Positions 62,307-64,000 of a stretch of 64,000 nt of DNA are shown here, one piece after another. This DNA comes from Candidatus Nomurabacteria bacterium (GTDB lineage Bacteria > Patescibacteriota > Minisyncoccia > Phycocordibacterales > UBA9973). The stretch spans positions 16,253 to 80,252 of the forward strand of contig JAHFNH010000001.1 in the NCBI GenBank assembly GCA_023267435.1. Reading direction: 5' to 3'. The position numbers were made by a program, and so were the translations under genes. Positions within the stretch are counted from its first letter, which is position 1, and each line of letters opens with the position of its first letter. The notes under the pieces are model-generated. The model searched no databases. It was not told the origin of the DNA and saw only the letters and a program-made list of their open reading frames with translations.

Positions 62307-62636
62307 TTATTTTGCTCGTGTACCAGCAGGAATTTCATCATTTGGTTCCAGTAAAGAAAATTTTCCGTCTTCAGTCGAGACAGCTACGATCATCCCATTA
62401 CTTTCAAATCCGCGAATCATTCGTGGTTCTAGGTTCGCAACAAACATACATTTCTTTCCAACAAGTACAGAACAATCTGGAAAATAAAGAGATATACCAG
62501 AAACAATTTGTCTTGGATGTTCTTCACCTAAATCTACTGAAAGTTTCAACAACTTATCAGTATCAGGGATTTTTTCGGCGGACAAAATCTTACCCACAGC
62601 CATTTCAACTTTTTTAAAATCTTCAAAAGAAATCAT
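62307..62636 (-). CDS. stand-alone tRNA-binding domain protein (CsaA/Trbp111/MetRS-C-terminal-like)
   Basis: FKKVEMAVGKILSAEKIPDTDKLLKLSVDLGEE..RQIVSGI...GKKCMFVANLEPRMIRGFESNGMIVA. Confidence 0.7.
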   Translation of the reverse strand: MISFEDFKKVEMAVGKILSAEKIPDTDKLLKLSVDLGEEHPRQIVSGISLYFPDCSVLVGKKCMFVANLEPRMIRGFESNGMIVAVSTEDGKFSLLEPNDEIPAGTRAK

Positions 62637-62669
62637 TTTATTTTTTATTATTTATAATAATTTATTATC

Positions 62670-63116
62670 TTACTTTTCTGCTTGTTTATTTATTTTATCT
62701 AAATATCTCTGCAATATCAAAGCTGCTGCCGAAGCATCTATCCTGCCCGACTTTATCTGTTTCACTCGGCCGTGCGCCTGCGAGGGACTCAAGTCTTTTT
62801 TAGTATCTCCTGACTTGCGCGCCTCGACAGAAGTTAAAAATTCTTTTTGCTTATGAATAGGCAAATTAAACTTCTCGCCTAATTCTAAAATAAAGACATC
62901 AATGCGGGCTGAGAGTGCATTTAATTTTCCTGAAAAATCCACCGACTCGCCGACGACAATTTCTGAAATTTTTTCAGACTTAATAATCTCCCCTATTTTT
63001 TTAAATGTATTTGCGTCATTGGGCACTATCTCTTTCGGAAACGCTAAACTCATATTTTCGTCGGAAACAGCCACTCCGATTCTTTTTGTCCCATAATCAA
63101 TGCCTAGAAATCTCAT
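62670..63116 (-). CDS. ruvX: YqgF/RuvX putative pre-16S rRNA nuclease / Holliday-junction resolvase-like
   Basis: MRFLGIDYGTKRIGVAVSD N-terminus. Confidence 0.8.
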   Translation of the reverse strand: MRFLGIDYGTKRIGVAVSDENMSLAFPKEIVPNDANTFKKIGEIIKSEKISEIVVGESVDFSGKLNALSARIDVFILELGEKFNLPIHKQKEFLTSVEARKSGDTKKDLSPSQAHGRVKQIKSGRIDASAAALILQRYLDKINKQAEK

Positions 63117-63163
63117 ATAGAGACAGACTAGCATAAAAAAGAGTTTTTTGATATGATTCAGAC

Positions 63164-63400
63164 ATGCATTTTTTTATAATAAAAAACTTAATAGTAGCAG
63201 TATTAATGGTTTGGAGTCTTGTTTGGAAGTGTTATTCCGTATGGACCGCTGTAAAAGCTGGTCACAAAAAGTGGTTCGTAGCGCTTCTTTTGTTTAACAC
63301 ATTGGGTATTTTAGATATGATCTATATCTTCTATATCGCAAAAAAGAAGTGGTCTGAAGTAAAGGCAACTTTCCTAAGATTAATGTCATCAACTAAATAA
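63164..63400 (+). CDS. hypothetical small membrane protein, 2 TM
   Basis: Two hydrophobic segments, basic loop. Confidence 0.4.
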   Translation: MHFFIIKNLIVAVLMVWSLVWKCYSVWTAVKAGHKKWFVALLLFNTLGILDMIYIFYIAKKKWSEVKATFLRLMSSTK

Positions 63401-63455
63401 TAAAAACAAATCCACCGCTTAATACTGGTGGATTTGTTAATGGAGGTGTCGCATT

Positions 63456-63487
63456 GCGCCTCTACGGCGCATCCGCCGATGAGGCGG
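63456..63487. repeat. GC-rich double-hairpin REP-like element, copy 5 (consensus orientation GCGCC-TCTAC-GGCGC + CCGCC-GATGA-GGCGG)
   Basis: Both stems perfect; the cleanest copy in the window. Confidence 0.65.
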
Positions 63488-63511
63488 AAGTGTTAATTAA
63501 ATCAAACTTAT

Positions 63512-63772
63512 ATGTATTATTTTTATGTATTAAGGTTTCGTAAAAATAAAAAATTATATTATGGTTTTACAAACGATCTGCAACGTAGGATTAAAGAACA
63601 TAAATCGGGTGGATCAGAATTTACTTCAAAAAATGGTTTATTTGACTTAATTTTCTATGAAGCTTATATTAATGAGTATGATGCTAGAGATGCGGAAGCG
63701 TATTTCAAAACAAGTCATGGAAGAGAAGTGTTAAAAGGAAAGTTGAAAAATTATTTAGGAGGTGTCGCATAG
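63512..63772 (+). CDS. GIY-YIG nuclease-family small protein (YhbQ/UPF0213-like)
   Basis: YYFYVLRF...LYYGFTNDLQRRIKEHKSGG. The last 15 nt of the ORF overlap the 5' end of tRNA-Ser. Confidence 0.65.
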   Translation: MYYFYVLRFRKNKKLYYGFTNDLQRRIKEHKSGGSEFTSKNGLFDLIFYEAYINEYDARDAEAYFKTSHGREVLKGKLKNYLGGVA

Positions 63773-63844
63773 TGGTTTAGTGCACCTGTCTTGAAAACAG
63801 GAGTACCGCAAGGTACCGTGAGTTCGAATCTCACCACCTCCGCA
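63758..63844 (+). tRNA. tRNA-Ser (TGA), type II
   Basis: GGAGGTG...CCTGT-CTTGAAA-ACAGG, long variable arm GTACC-GCAA-GGTAC, GTGAG-TTCGAAT-CTCAC-CACCTCC-G. Confidence 0.8.
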
Positions 63845-63854
63845 AAACTTAAAA

Positions 63855-63873
63855 AACACTCTTAACGAGTGTT
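63855..63873 (+). terminator. terminator after tRNA-Ser
   Basis: AACACTC-TTAAC-GAGTGTT followed by TTTTATT. Confidence 0.65.
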
Positions 63874-63957
63874 TTTTATTTGAGTTGGGGGTATAATTAA
63901 ATCAAGCAACCGATCTGAGTTGTATTAATTTATAAAATAACGATCGGTATAAACTAT

Positions 63958-64000
63958 ATGGCGAAAGCAAAAAAAATAACGAAAGAGTCGAATGAAGTCG
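63958..64000 (+). CDS. start of an unidentified gene (MAKAKKITKESNEV...), runs off window
   Basis: ATG after a terminator and an AT-rich spacer. Confidence 0.25.
   Translation, partial: MAKAKKITKESNEV

Noticed and set aside
63456-63487. Hammerhead-ribozyme-like CGAUGAG in the REP element
   Set aside because: GAUGA forms the loop of a simple 5-bp hairpin. There is no stem I/II/III arrangement and no GAAA followed by a stem-III strand. It is a palindromic repeat, not a ribozyme.

Overview
AT-rich bacterial chromosomal window with nearly all genes on the minus strand. Housekeeping content is dense: ribosomal-protein clusters (rpsF-ssb-rpsR; rpsL-rpsG ... fusA ... tuf-rpsJ-rplC-rplD-rplW-rplB; rplK-nusG-secE; rpmB; rplS), six aminoacyl-tRNA synthetases (metG, glyQS, ileS, argS), a thymidylate module split over two loci (dut-tmk-glyA and dCMP deaminase / thyA-folA), five tRNAs (His, Leu, Val, Arg, Ser), competence machinery (ComEC split into two genes, PilM-like) and several very large secreted or surface proteins. 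Two DUF559 paralogs, the large surface proteins and small streamlined proteins hint at a CPR/Patescibacteria-like organism, but this is an inference from gene content only. Three things are unusual. (1) The IleRS gene carries a complete histidine-phosphatase (PGAM-like) domain of about 200 aa inserted in the zinc-knuckle loop of the synthetase. (2) The universally conserved str/S10 ribosomal cluster is interrupted twice: a roughly 4.1 kb island of six uncharacterized genes sits between rpsG and fusA, each gene bracketed by copies of the same promoter-like and terminator-like intergenic modules, and a roughly 2.3 kb insert carrying an ACT-less aspartokinase plus an opposite-strand unknown gene sits between fusA and tuf. 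(3) Two GC-rich palindromic repeat families stand out against the AT-rich background: CCTCCCCTT/AAGGGGAGG hairpins flanking both DUF559 endonuclease-like genes, and a double-hairpin GCGCCTCTACGGCGC-ATCCGCCGATGAGGCGG element present in at least five intergenic copies, two of them as inverted repeats bracketing a three-gene segment.
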